A stretch of 47,415 bases of DNA from Chromera velia. Taxonomy: Eukaryota. The stretch is from the NCBI GenBank assembly GCA_018398765.1, contig JAHBMJ010000491.1, forward strand, positions 1 through 47,415. The letters run 5' to 3'. The notes under the pieces were generated by a model that was given only the letters and a program-made list of their open reading frames with translations, was not told the origin of the DNA and did not search any database. Shown here piece by piece: positions 1-11,375 of the stretch. Numbering within the stretch: the first letter of the stretch is position 1; each line of letters opens with the position of its first letter. Position numbers and translations under genes: made by a program.

Positions 1-817
1 CAACCGTCCCACTCTTACTGAGGCAGGGCTGGTGGTGCCCGTATGTTTGGGTGTGGTGGATCGCTGCAAAGGCCACACCCATTTCAGAAAAGTATTTGAG
101 GAGAATAGAGCACTGCAGGCGAAGTATGGGGAATTGACAGGGGACAAGCTGCTCAGCAAGTTTTTTGATTGTTACAAAGAAAAACTTTTCAACCAGCCTT
201 TCCTGCAGTTGGCGAGATGTATGGTTGAGCGACTCACAGGAAACACGCGGGCACCTCTTGGCCCAGAGTGGCAAGCAGTGGTGGTGGGAGTGTCTGCTCA
301 TTCCCCCCCCGCCAGAAAGCTGCTCAGCACCTTCCTCGTGGCGCACAGTGAGCGACATGAGTTCCGTATTCACGCAAAGTGGGACTGCATTGAGAAGGTC
401 TGTTTAGGGAATATGTTCTGTTTGTGTGTTTGCTTCTCTTCATTCCTCTGAGGAGTCATTGACAGAGAGACTCGCCGGCAGTTTTATCCCTCTGAACTCA
501 CTTTGTTTCAGCCGTTTTTGATCTTCTTCCTTCTTTGTGACAGTATCTACTCCTCATTTGAACGTATTTTCTCTGTTCTCTGTTTGATGTCGTTTGTCTT
601 GTTTTGCAATTCTATGCAGATTCCGATCCCCCCCCAGCCTAGGGGGGACGAGAAGGCAGACACCGTGATCTATGCGGCGTGCCTGATTACATTGAATCAT
701 ATTGCGGAGTGCCATAAGCTCTCTGCTGAGAACCCGGGTGTGTGCGGAGTGTTGTCAGATTCTACCACCCTCATCCAGGGAGCTATGAAGCACCCCGATG
801 AAGCTATGAAGCTATGA
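1..817 (+). CDS. 3' part of an unknown spliced gene or gene remnant (exons <1-397 and 620-817)
   Basis: ORF 32..451 (...DCIEK) and ORF 503..817 (IPIPPQP...) join in phase 0 through a GT(398)...TGCAG(619) intron with a pyrimidine-rich interior. No domain is recognisable, and the TGA at 815 may be premature. Confidence 0.45.
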
Positions 818-896
818 GCCAGCGATCGCTCAGATGCCCTCCGCTTAAAGCTTTCGAACTAGAGATGTCTGGGGATGAGTTCGGGAGGGGCTGCAT

Positions 897-2134
897 ATTT
901 CGTTTTAAAGTGAAGTAAATTGCATATATAGTCAAAGTGACATCATTTCTAACTTTCAGTCTGAAGACTCTGAACAATTGTCACTCTAACACTAGCGCTA
1001 ACATTTTCAATTTTTCCTATAGTATAAAAAAGATTTTTAAGGCAGCAATTAGTTTATGTTAGAGGGCTTTGCAGCTAAAATTTTAGCTTCTAACTCGTTC
1101 TGGTTTAAAAGTTACAGATATTTACTTTTTCAGTCGTAAAATGAAGTAAGTTCCCTATAGTGAAAGTGACCGCACTTCTAACCTCCCAAACAATATTGCA
1201 CTCTAACACTTTTTTTCTCTAGCATAAAACAGATTTTAGAGGCAGTAATCAGTTTATGTCAGAGGGCTTTACAGCTAAAATTTCAGCTTCTAACTCGTCC
1301 TGGTTCAAAAGTTACAGATATTTACTTTTTCAGTCGTAAAATGAAGTAAGTTCCCCATAGTGAAAGTGACCGCACTTCTAACCTCCCAAACAATATTGCA
1401 TTCTAACACTTTTTTTCTCTAGCATCAAAAAGATTTTAAACGCAGTAATTAGTTTATGTTAGAGGGCTTTACAGCTAAAGTTTCAGCTTCTAACTCATCC
1501 TGGTTCAAAAATTACAGATATTTACTTTTTCAGTCGTAAAATGAAGTAAGTTCCCCGTAGTGAAAGTGACCGCACTTCTAACCTCCCAAACAATATTGCA
1601 TTCTAACACTTTTTTTCTTTAGCATAAAAAAGATTTTAAAGGCAGTAATTAGTTTATGTTAGAGGGCTTTACAGCTAAAATTTCAGTTTCTAACTCATCC
1701 TGGTTCAAAAGTTACAGATATTTACTTTTTCAATCGTAAAATGAAGTAAGTTCCCCATAGTGAAAGTGACCGCACTTCTAACCTCCCAAACAATATTGCA
1801 TTCTAACACTTTTTTTCTCTAGCATCAAAAAGATTTTAAAGGCAGTAATTAGTTTATGTTAGAGGGCTTTACAGCTAAAATTTCAGCTTCTAACTCGTCC
1901 TGGTTCAAAAATTACAGATATTTACTTTTTCAGTCGTAAAATGAAGTAAGTTCCCTATAGTGAAAGTGACCGCACTTCTAACCTCCCAAACAATATTGCA
2001 TTCTAACATTTTTTTTCTCTAGCATAAAAAAGATTTTAAAGGCAGTAATCAGTTTATGTTAGAGGGCTTTACAGCTAAAATTTCAGCTTCTAACTCGTCG
2101 CGGTTCAAAAGTTATAGATCTTTACTTTTTCAGT
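897..2134. repeat. AT-rich tandem array, exact 200-bp period, about 6 units (first one diverged)
   Basis: The anchor ATGAAGTAAGTTCCC recurs at 1141, 1341, 1541, 1741 and 1941, with a diverged copy at ~910. Confidence 0.95.
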
Positions 2135-2144
2135 CAAGTCACGC

Positions 2145-2897
2145 TCAAGTCACCTGCACGGAGAAGGAAGAAAATGTGCAGGGATGCAAGCATATCTCTT
2201 GAACAAGAACGAGTGGGACAGTGAGACAGGCAGCGAAAAGCCGTCCAACCTGTGCCTCTCCAAAACTTTCAAAAGCTCTTGGCCAGCGACTTTCCCTGTA
2301 AAGCCCCCCCACTGCTTAGACCTCCATACACCCTCAAGTCACCTGCACGGAGAAGGAAGAAAATGTGCAGACATGCAAGCATATCTCTTAAACGAGAAGG
2401 AGTGGAACAATGAGACAGGCAGTGAAAAGCCGTCCAACCTGTATCTCTTCAAAACTTTTAAAAGCTCCTGGCCAGCGACTTTCCCTGTAAAGCACCCCCA
2501 CTGCTTAGACCTCCATACACCCTCAAGTCACCTGCACGGAGAAGGAAGAAAATGTGCAGACATGCAAGCATATCTCTTGAACGAGAACGAGTGGAACAGT
2601 GAGACAGGCAGTGAAAAGCCGTCCAATCTGTGCCTCTTCAAAACGTTCAAAAGCTTCTGGCCAGCGACTTTCCCTGTAAAACACCCCCACTGCTTAGACC
2701 TCCATGCACCCTCAAGTCACCTGCACGGAGGAGGAAGAAAATATGCAGACACGCAAGCATATCTCTTGAACGAGAAGGAGTGGGACAGCAAGACAGGCAG
2801 TGAAAAGCCGTTCAACCTGCACCTCTCCAACACCTTCAAAAGCTCCTGGCCAGCGACTTTCCCTGTAAAGCACCTCTACAGGTTAGACCTCCATGAC
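2145..2897. repeat. Tandem array, 189-bp period, 4 units
   Basis: The anchor TCAAGTCACCTGCACGGAG occurs at 2145, 2334, 2523 and 2712. The array abuts the 200-bp array. Confidence 0.95.
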
Positions 2898-3878
2898 TCA
2901 GTCTGCCTGGCTGGCTGGCTGGCTGGCTGGCTGGCTAGCTGGCTGACTGACTGACTGAGTGAGTGAGTGAGTGAGTGACTGACTGACTGACTGAGTGAGT
3001 GAGTGAGTGAGTGAGGGAGGGAGGGAGGGAGGGAGGGAGTGAGTGACTGATTGACTGACTGACTGACTGACTGACTGACTGACTGACTGACTGACTGGCT
3101 GGCCGGTGTGTCTGCCTTGGTACCTCTCTCAGTGCCTACATTTCTGTGTGCCCCCTCTGACTGACTGACTGACTGATTGACCGGCTGACTGACTGACTGT
3201 CTGAGGGATTGACTGCCTGATTTTATGACTGACTGACTGACTTGCTGGCTGGTGTTTCTGCCTTGGTGCCTCCCTCAGTGCCTACATTGCTGTGTGCCCC
3301 CTCCGATAGTGGTAAGGAGGGGATACAGATACACATACACGTAGACATACGCACATATACTGACTGACTGACTGACTGACTGACTGACTGACTGACTAAC
3401 CAGGTTGGCGAGAGAGCAAGCTGCAACAAAACGGCCTGTCACCAGGGAGCTGCCTCCAATACTGGCTGCAGGAAACTTGGCTTCTCTGCGCCCATCACAT
3501 GCCCAAAGTCTGCTTGAAGTGGGTGACATACTGGTGGGCGAGGCAGCCAAATCGTCTGAGCAGCTAAGCGTATTGTACACCAAAACTCAACAGTAGGGGA
3601 CCGTTGCTTTACTGAATGCAGCTGGGGGGGCGAAGATGAGAAAGTGCAGAGAAACCCGGTTCCGTTGTTTTATGATCATCTGCATGCGCGTAAGATAAGT
3701 AACTGACTGACTCAGAACGTTTGAGGTATCGTGCGAGTCGATGGCAAATCGGCAGTCGTAACCCCATCACAACTCCTCCTGGGGACTGCACAGGACGTTC
3801 GAAGCTGACTTGGTGTGACCGCGTGGACTTCCTTGACCTCCTCGACCTTCGAGTAGAAAAATGTCTGACCTTCGTCAT
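2150..3878 (-). pseudogene. Decayed minus-strand spliced gene remnant whose 3' exon/intron is amplified as the 189-bp array
   Basis: ATG at 3878 lies below a GCATG/GGGCCC-rich region. Minus-strand donors are followed by (GTCA)n at ~3711 and 3400, acceptor-like sites are at ~3612 and in each 189-bp unit, and the frames contain stops. Confidence 0.3.
2899..3400. repeat. Compound tetranucleotide microsatellites (GGCT)n/(GACT)n/(GAGT)n/(GGGA)n containing a diverged ~58-bp direct repeat (~3100-3157 and ~3247-3304)
   Basis: Directly visible in the sequence. Confidence 0.9.
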
Positions 3879-4588
3879 TGCATATATATGCGTCGAGGCG
3901 TGCATGGCTCCCGCGCGGCCGCGGGCCAAAAGACGACTGGTCGACGTGGTGGTGGTGGTGGGCCCACCGCCCGGAGACGAGTCGTGTTTTCAAATAGGCC
4001 GTGGTGGTGGTGGGGGGGGGGGGCCAAGACGAGTCGGGTCGTCTTCAAAATTATAGGGGTGTCAGGAGTGATNNNNNNNNNNNNNNNNNNNNNNNNNNNN
4101 NNNNNNNNNNNNNNNNNNNNNNNNNNNNNNNNNNNNNNNNNNNNNNNNNNNNNNNNNNNNNNNNNNNNNNNNNNNNNNNNNNNNNNNNNNNNNNNNNNNN
4201 NNNNNNNNNNNNNNNNNNNNNNNNNNNNNNNNNNNNNNNNNNNNNNNNNNNNNNNNNNNNNNNNNNNNNNNNNNNNNNNNNNNNNNNNNNNNNNNNNNNN
4301 NNNNNNNNNNNNNNNNNNNNNNNNNNNNNNNNNNNNNNNNNNNNNNNNNNNNNNNNNNNNNNNNNNNNNNNNNNNNNNNNAGGCGTGCATGGCTCCCGCG
4401 CGGCCGCGGGCCAAAAGACGACTGGTCGACGTGGTGGTGGTGGTGGGCCCACCGCCCGGAGACGAGTCGTGTTTTCAAATAGGCCGTGGTGGTGGTGGGG
4501 GGGGGGGGCCAAGACGAGTCGGGTCGTCTTCAAAATTATAGGGGTGTCAGGAGTGATTTCTTGCATGCATCGATCGATCGACAGCAAG

Positions 4589-5240
4589 GAGTGAGTGAAG
4601 TGATGGAGTGAGTGAAGGGAATGGAGAGAGAGGGGAGAATAGAGCGAGTGAAGTGAGTGGAGTGAATGGAATGACTGGAGTGAGTGGAGTGAGTGAAGTA
4701 AATGGAGTGAGTGGAGTGAATGAAGTGAGTGGAGTGAGGGGAATGAGTGGAGAGACTGGGGTGAGTGAGTGAATGGAATGAGTGGAGTGAAGGAATGAGT
4801 GGAGTGAGTAAAAGAATGGAGTGAGTGGAGTGAGTGGAGTGAGTGGAATGAGTGGAGTGAGTGGAGTGAGAGGAGTGAGTGGAGTGAATGAAGTGAGTGG
4901 AGTGAGTGGAGTGAGTGGAGAGACTGGGATGAGTGAGTGAATGGAATGAGTGGAGTGAAGAAATGAGTGGAGTGAGTAAAAGAATGGAGTGAGTGGAATG
5001 AGTGGAGTGCGTGGAGTGAGTGGAATGAGTGGAGGGAATGGAGTGAGTGGAGTGAATGGAGTGAGTGGAGTGAGTGGAGTGAGTGGANNNNNNNNNNNNN
5101 NNNNNAGTGAGTGGAGTGAGTGGAGTGAGTGGAGTGAATGGGGGGAATGGAATAAGTGGAGGGAGTGGAATGAGTGGAGAGAGTGAAGTGAGTGAAGTGA
5201 GTGGAGTGAATGGAGTGAGGGAACTGAGTGGAAAGAGTGG
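4589..5240. repeat. GAGTG/GAATG-based satellite (mostly 9-mer GAGTGAGTG) with a ~168-bp higher-order duplication
   Basis: Visible repeats. The block GGAGAGACTGG...GAGTAAAAGAATGG occurs at ~4749 and ~4917. Confidence 0.9.
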
Positions 5241-5480
5241 AAAGAGACACTGATAGATGGTAATAGACGATGATAGACGGCCGTAGACGGCGATAAGCGG
5301 TGAGTAAGTGATTGCACGAGTGAGTAATAGACGGCAGGATTACAAAGAGCTGCACGGTAAGAAAGATGGTGAGTGAGTAGATGATCCAGTGAGTGATTGA
5401 AAACGAGCAGCTGCAATGAGATAATACGACCACCAGAAAGATAAGCCTGCACACGAAATAAGCACTATTCAACGACATGA

Positions 5481-5852
5481 AACAGAGTGAACTCTAAAGT
5501 AGGACTTAGTAGAATTCAAACTGACTTTTAAATTTACTATATTCTAGTTTCATTATAAAGTAAAACTAGGTTGCTTAAAGCAATCTAGAGCCTTTTAAAG
5601 CATTTAAAATCGTTACTCCTGTGCGAATCTGCTCAAATATGCTCAAAAGACTGGTTGATTAGCTAGAGTGCATGGTAGGAAAAATTATGATCACCGCGGC
5701 ACGTAGAAGTTAGTGAATGTTACCTGCAAAGAAATATACAGGCACAACACTAATGGATATGCTCAAAAGCAACGTTTAGCGCCGCTAATCAACTATAAAG
5801 AATTGCTTTTTCTGCAAGGGAAACAGTGCAGGAAGGAGGGCTTCACAGCTAG
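5481..5852 (+). repeat. Left terminal inverted repeat (372 bp)
   Basis: Begins AACAGAGTGAACTCTAAAGTAGGACTTAG and matches the reverse complement of 9576-9947. Confidence 0.95.
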
Positions 5853-6159
5853 CGTAGAGTTATGGCGCTGCTAACGTACGGGGCTATAAGATCTGAGAGT
5901 CGGATATGTATTGTTCATACTTCTCTTTAGTCTTAGACACAGGTAAGACTGTACTTCTGAATTGACTTGCATGCGAACCAATTAATACAATGCATGCATG
6001 CATATACATATGCGCCATACGCTCGACATGCGCGTACTACGTGCAGCTTTGACAATGCCTACAACCTCACAATGTAACGTGCCACCTCCCCCAGAGTGTC
6101 GTCCCGACACTTTCATATAGATGTACTCAGCTGTTGAACTCAGACAGGGGTTGCGAGGT

Positions 6160-9100
6160 TTATTTCATAAGACGAGAGCGATCAAGCTTAACGTGCATGT
6201 CTCTACAGAGCATTGTCAGAACCAGGTTCGGGACGTTTGATGATGTTTGAAGCTTTTGCCCGGCGGTTTGGAACATTCTGTCTTCTCTTCTTCTTATGTC
6301 TTTCAACTCCTCTCTCATATGCTCTCCTCTCTCTTTTTCTTGTCCATCCTGCATTTCACTTCTGCTCAGGTGGAGGGGCAAAGATGCACTGCCTCTTTCC
6401 TACCTACACACATGCCCCCTCTCCTCCAGGCCGTGTCCACACAGCCATACAGATGAAGTCAAAGGCAGACGTAGCTGAAAAAAAAACAAATGGGCTCCAT
6501 GCATGGAACAGATGATCGAACACGCAAATGGGACTGTTACAGTGGGGTAAATACCGTCTCCTCAATCCGATCTCAAGACTGTTGGCTGTACCCCTTCCAT
6601 TCGGTCACACCTGAATGCTGTTGTCTCATCATGTTCTGCCTTATCATGTTTAAGGCAGCAGTACGTTCTCGCTCTTGGCGTTTGAATACCAGTTGCACTC
6701 TTTCTCTTTCCGTCAGGCCTGATCGAATTCCAGTGCAGACAGGCCTAACTCGTCTCCCCACTTCTGGTATCTGTACACTGAATCCCTCTCTATACGGAAC
6801 TCCACCGGGAGGCATCTTATGATCTTGAGCGCGAGCTGAGCGGATCGTGTTCAGCAGCGCTGCATATCTTTCCGTTTGTTTTGCCCCTCTCTTTGCTCTC
6901 TGCTTCTCTCTCTTTTTCTCTGCCTTTTCTGCGTTTCGGGTCAGTTCTATTCTCCCAATCCTCATGGGGGCAACTTCAGTTTCTCCGGTAATGAACGGCG
7001 CTGACTCTGGGAAAAGGGGTGCTGCTTTCTAACTGATCTCCCACTGACTGTCTCCGCTTCCCATGTCTGCATCCTCGTATCCGGAAAGACCTACCGGCAA
7101 TACTGCTTCGAATTCAGATTCTCCTGTATTGCTGTACCCTTGAAAATCAAACGTTGTCCCTGCAGTTTGAACGAATGGGGTCTCTCCTCCTTGGTCACTT
7201 CCCTGGAAACCTGGTGTCGCTGTGAAGCTCTTTGCTGCTGTTTGGGGTTCACTCACCACAACATCACTCTGAGGGCGTTGGGGTCCCCAGTCGTCTGTGG
7301 GCACATGCGGAGTGTGTAAAAGTCTGTACGCCTTGAACCTATCTGCTTCCTTCCACTTCACTGGGGAGGCAGTCTGGTCGTCATCCGATTTCCTCCCATC
7401 TCTCTTGCTGTGTGTCTGTCCGAGGGCCTTCTCATTCCATTGGGTCTTCGAAAAACGCAAACCACGACGCGTCTTCTTCTTCTTTTCCGGCTCTTCGTCT
7501 CGACCCTCCTGAATGATGTCCTTCGATTGCTTGCGACCCTTCCTCGCTCTGCATTTCTTCTTGCCCATAGACCCCGAGGGCAACCATCACTGCATTTCTT
7601 TAACGACTCCGGACAGAAAAAGACAAACAGACTCGTATTGGTCATCCAGGGTCGCAACGGAGACGTCCTTCAGTTCCTCTACACCTTCCCTAACTGTTTT
7701 GGGTCAGGGACCTCGAGTTAGGTCGGACACCCCCCCCCCCCCNGGGCGCATGCGGAGTGTGTAAAGGTCTGTGCGCCTTGAACCCATCTGCTTCCTTCCG
7801 CTTCACTGGGGAGGCAGTCTGGTCGTCATCCGATTTCCTCCCATCTCTCTTGCTGTGTGTCTGTCCGAGGGCCTTCTCATTCCATTGGGTCTTCGAAAAA
7901 CGCAAACCACGACGCGTCTTCTTCTTCTTTTCCGGCTCTTCGTCTCGACCCTCCTGAATGATGTCCTTCGATTGCTTGCGACCCTTCCTCGCTCTGCATT
8001 TCTTCTTGCCCATAGACCCCGAGGGCAACCATCACTGCATTTCTTTAACGACTCCGGACAGAAAAAGACAAACAGACTCGTATTGGTCATCCAGGGTCGC
8101 AACGGAGACGTCCTTCAGTTCCTCTACACCTTCCCTAACTGTTTTGGGTCAGGGACCTCGAGTTAGGTCGGACACCCCCCCCCCCCCNNNNNNNNNNNNN
8201 NNNNNNNNNNNNNNNNNNCCCCCCCCCCCCGAGGTTCAGAAGTCCGCACTTCTGAACCTTAGGCCAGGGGGGTCAAACCCCCCCATCGCCAGGTCCAGAT
8301 ATGGGCTTATCGTAGGTCTAGGAGGCGCCGCCACGGGGCCAGAGGGGGTGGCGGCACCCTGCCCCTTCGATACACGCAGCCGACTTTGCCTCTGTCGGCT
8401 AATAATCGGGTCTGAAGTCTCTTGTCCGTCTTGAAGGTCCACAGGTTCAAAACTGCGGAGTTCTGAACCTCTGAGCAAACGGACTTTTCCTACAGAAATG
8501 TTGCCACAAAAAACGCTCTGTCAGATGTTTTCTGACAGTTTTTGAACATCTTTGACAGAGCGTTTTCTCGGTTTTGACTTTTTTTTTCGGGAGTGCACTT
8601 TCAGGGCTCTGGAGGAGACGGCTGTAACAACAGTTGCTGGGTCACCTCGGGTCGGGACGAAGTGGAGCTTGCAGGTGGGTCCAGTGGAGACCAGCCGTCT
8701 TGATCTTGTTTCCAATGTCTTCTTGCTTGCTGCTGCTCCTCCTATTCAAGCGGGGAAGGGCTGCTGGCCTTATTTAGGTGTTAAAGTATTGCTGCCCTCA
8801 TCGTTCTCCTTACTCTTTCCTTGCAGGTCACAGTCTTGGGAGCCCCGCGGTCAACCCCCAGGTCAGCCTGTCCAGACCCGCTGCTTCTTAGGCTCTTGGT
8901 CTTTTCCTTGGGACCTTGTGCACGCAGAATAAGCTAGACAGAAGTGCTTCCTTGACTGCACAAAGCGTGAACACCCGTTTCTCCGTGTTTACAGGTGTTG
9001 GTGGACGGAGACTTAGGGACACCTGCAGGTCAGTTAAGGAAGCGCGGCTCGCTCTCTCGCTTTGCATGATGATTTACTTAGCATTCAGCTTCTTTGTTCT

Positions 9101-9440
9101 GCTACGAGCTTGACAGAAACGTACAAGAGAGGTCACTGAGAGAGGGTTGATGGAGAGTCTGCTGGAGCCTCCATTTTTTGACCGCCTCTTCGGAAGCTTT
9201 GCACAGCTTTCAGTCGTGCCAGACATTTTTCTACCCAGACCAATCACTCAGCTTTCATACATTTGAATGTCTTCCACTTGCTTCGTGTGTATCAGTCTTT
9301 GAAAGCGGTTCATACTATCCCGATGCAAGTGCTCCTTACTCATTCATCCTTTCTCATTTGTGGCACTCCATACTGGTCTCCGTCTAAACATCTAGATCTA
9401 CCTACGGACCTGTCCTTCTTTTTTACAGTTTCTCATTGAC
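6160..9440 (-). pseudogene. Fragmented, low-complexity, basic-residue-rich cargo reading frame(s) inside the TIR element
   Basis: Successive minus-strand ORF pieces (6160-6381, 6573-6965, 7029-7583, 8236-8478, 8521-8715) are separated by stops and gaps. No domain is recognisable. Confidence 0.35.
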
Positions 9441-9575
9441 ATACGCAGAACAATTTGCAAGCTTTTGCACTGTGTAGTGTGAATTCTTTGTAAAAAGAAT
9501 TATGTTGTCTCTGCGCTCTGTTCTTCGGAATCCTTTCCAACCCCTACTGACCGCCTCCTGTCTGGTCTGACCAGC

Positions 9576-9947
9576 CTAGCTGTGAAGCCCTCCTTCCTGC
9601 ACTGTTTCCCTTGCAGAAAAAGCAATTCTTTGTAGTTGATTGGCAGCGCTAAACATTGTTTTTGAGCGTATCCATTAGTGTTGTACCTGTGTATTTCTTT
9701 GCAGGTAACATTCACTAGCTTCTACATGCCGCGGTGATCATAATTTTTCCTACCGTACACCCTAGCTAATCAACCAGTTTTTTGAACACATTTGAGTAGA
9801 TTCGCACAAGAGTAACGATTTTAAATGCTTTAAAAGGCTCTAGATTGCTTTAAGCAACCTAGTTTTACTTAATAATGAAGCTAGAATATAGTAAATTTAA
9901 AAGTCACTTTGAATTCTACTAAGTCCTACTTTGGAGTCCACTCTGTT
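9576..9947 (-). repeat. Right terminal inverted repeat (372 bp)
   Basis: Ends CTAAGTCCTACTTTGGAGTCCACTCTGTT. Confidence 0.95.
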
Positions 9948-10913
9948 ATGAGCACAATACCAGTCTTCAAAATTAACTGACGATTCAAAGCTAGCTTACC
10001 ATTCTCCACCACGCATTCTCAGATCCCACCGATAGCAACGCTCCGGAATACACATTATATAACATACCCTCACCACAGCAAATTACAGACGGCTTCGACC
10101 TGCTCCTATGAAACATAGCAGATGACGCATATGTATGTACAGACATAAGAGATGTCGCCTGCCTTTGAAACGCACTTCCATCATGAGTTTTTCACATCAT
10201 GAATGTATGGACGGACACCCGACGGGCTCACATTAATGCTCACCGATTCATTCATATACAGTATGATTCCCTGACGGACGGACGGATGGACGGATGGATG
10301 GACGTACAATATATATGAATATAATAAACAATACATGCATGCACTCTCATCTCATTCTTTCATGCACCTTTTCACCAGATCTTCACACTCCCAAACAGCT
10401 TGGATCAGTTTGGTTTGCACTCAAACTCCTGAGAATACAAAATATCGTTCTTCCACCCAACAGACATCGTCCAGAAACTGCAAAACTCCCGACTCTGCTT
10501 ACATCTGAAGGTCCATTCCTTTTTATTATCATCTGACCATAACTGACCTGCACTCTAACTTACATTGAGAGTCCACCATGTCTACCTCGAAGATTACCAT
10601 TAATTTCTCACAGAGGACTGGTGACTCCTCGACTACTGCCATGTAACCGTAAGTGGTGCAAGCTTTATACGCCTGCGCACCTCCAGGGCAGAGCCCCTAC
10701 CACCCGGTTATCGATCGACAGGACCTGGCGAACGTTGCTTAACCCTTTTACGGCGATAAGTACTCGTGTGCTATGGGACGTGCCATCGAAAACCGGGACT
10801 ACAAGCTCGCATGGAACGTCCATTGCCCATCCGCTCAGGATGTCAAGCAAGCCAATCTCATCAGGGCTGTGGGCCTATCACGAGTATCGCGCCGCGCTAG
10901 GGCCGCCGCCATG

Positions 10914-11310
10914 TGTCATGTACATGTGATAGAAGAGGCACACTGTGGTGTCGGTCGTGGCTTACCGACTTCATTCATGCCTCTATAGTTCGATTTCGAT
11001 GGTCTGAGTGATTGAGCTGAGCGTGGACGTCAGCTTCAGAAGGCAGGCAGGTGTGGGCCTATCACGAGCATCACGCCGCGTTAGCCTAAGAGCCGCCGCC
11101 AACCTCGCAACGCCGTGTGCGCCTCGTCTGAATAAAGTGACGTCTGACCTTTGTGTACGAAAGTTGTTCTGTGCCAGTCTCTCGATTGTGGTGTTGGCTG
11201 GTCTGAATAGTGGATCAACAGATTGACTCTGCTAGGTTACACTTTAATGTGAGTCTGCCTACGATCTACGCTTATCGTAATTGAGCCTCTAGTATCGTAC
11301 GCAGCTTACA
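10914..11310 (+). repeat. 5' direct repeat (LTR; core LTR may be 11052-11310)
   Basis: TGTCATG...CTTACA, matches 16662-17058, with AATAAA at 11131. Confidence 0.9.
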
Positions 11311-11313
11311 GTC

Positions 11314-11327
11314 TGGTAGTACAGAGC
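11314..11327 (+). promoter_or_regulatory. Primer-binding-site-like motif (tRNA-iMet-like)
   Basis: TGGTAGTACAGAGC lies 3 nt after the LTR end and resembles the TGGTA(T/G)CAGAGC Met-type PBS with a 2-nt insertion. Confidence 0.55.
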
Positions 11328-11375
11328 TGGTTCGGCGAAGGGACAAATTTTTGCCCATTCTGATTTTCTTTCTTA

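Larger units (their letters stand above)
5481..9947. mobile_element. Non-autonomous DNA-transposon-like element with 372-bp terminal inverted repeats and a putative 4-bp TSD (ATGA)
   Basis: 5481-5852 is the reverse complement of 9576-9947 (about 23 substitutions, no indels by eye). ATGA flanks both ends (5477-5480, 9948-9951). No transposase motif was seen inside. Confidence 0.85.

Noticed and set aside
897..2897. CRISPR-like array interpretation of the tandem repeats
   Set aside because: Units are fully repeated with no unique spacers, there are no cas genes, and the context is eukaryotic.
3896..4557. ~175-bp direct duplication either side of the N-gap (3896-4072 and 4381-4557)
   Set aside because: Essentially identical copies flank a scaffold gap next to a poly-G run, so this is most likely unmerged contig overlap.
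4051..5478. Long His/Ser/Leu- and Thr/Pro/Leu-repeat ORFs
   Set aside because: They are translations of a stop-poor satellite and span N-gaps.
7298..8187. 445-bp tandem duplication within the TIR element
   Set aside because: The copies are separated by an N after a poly-C run. The few SNPs suggest reads from another family copy or allele, so it is treated as an assembly artefact.
10868..10913. LTR sequence matching its target site (guided or homology-directed integration)
   Set aside because: The matching 46 bp lie inside the TSD and disappear when the host ORF is rejoined, so they belong to the element and not to the target.
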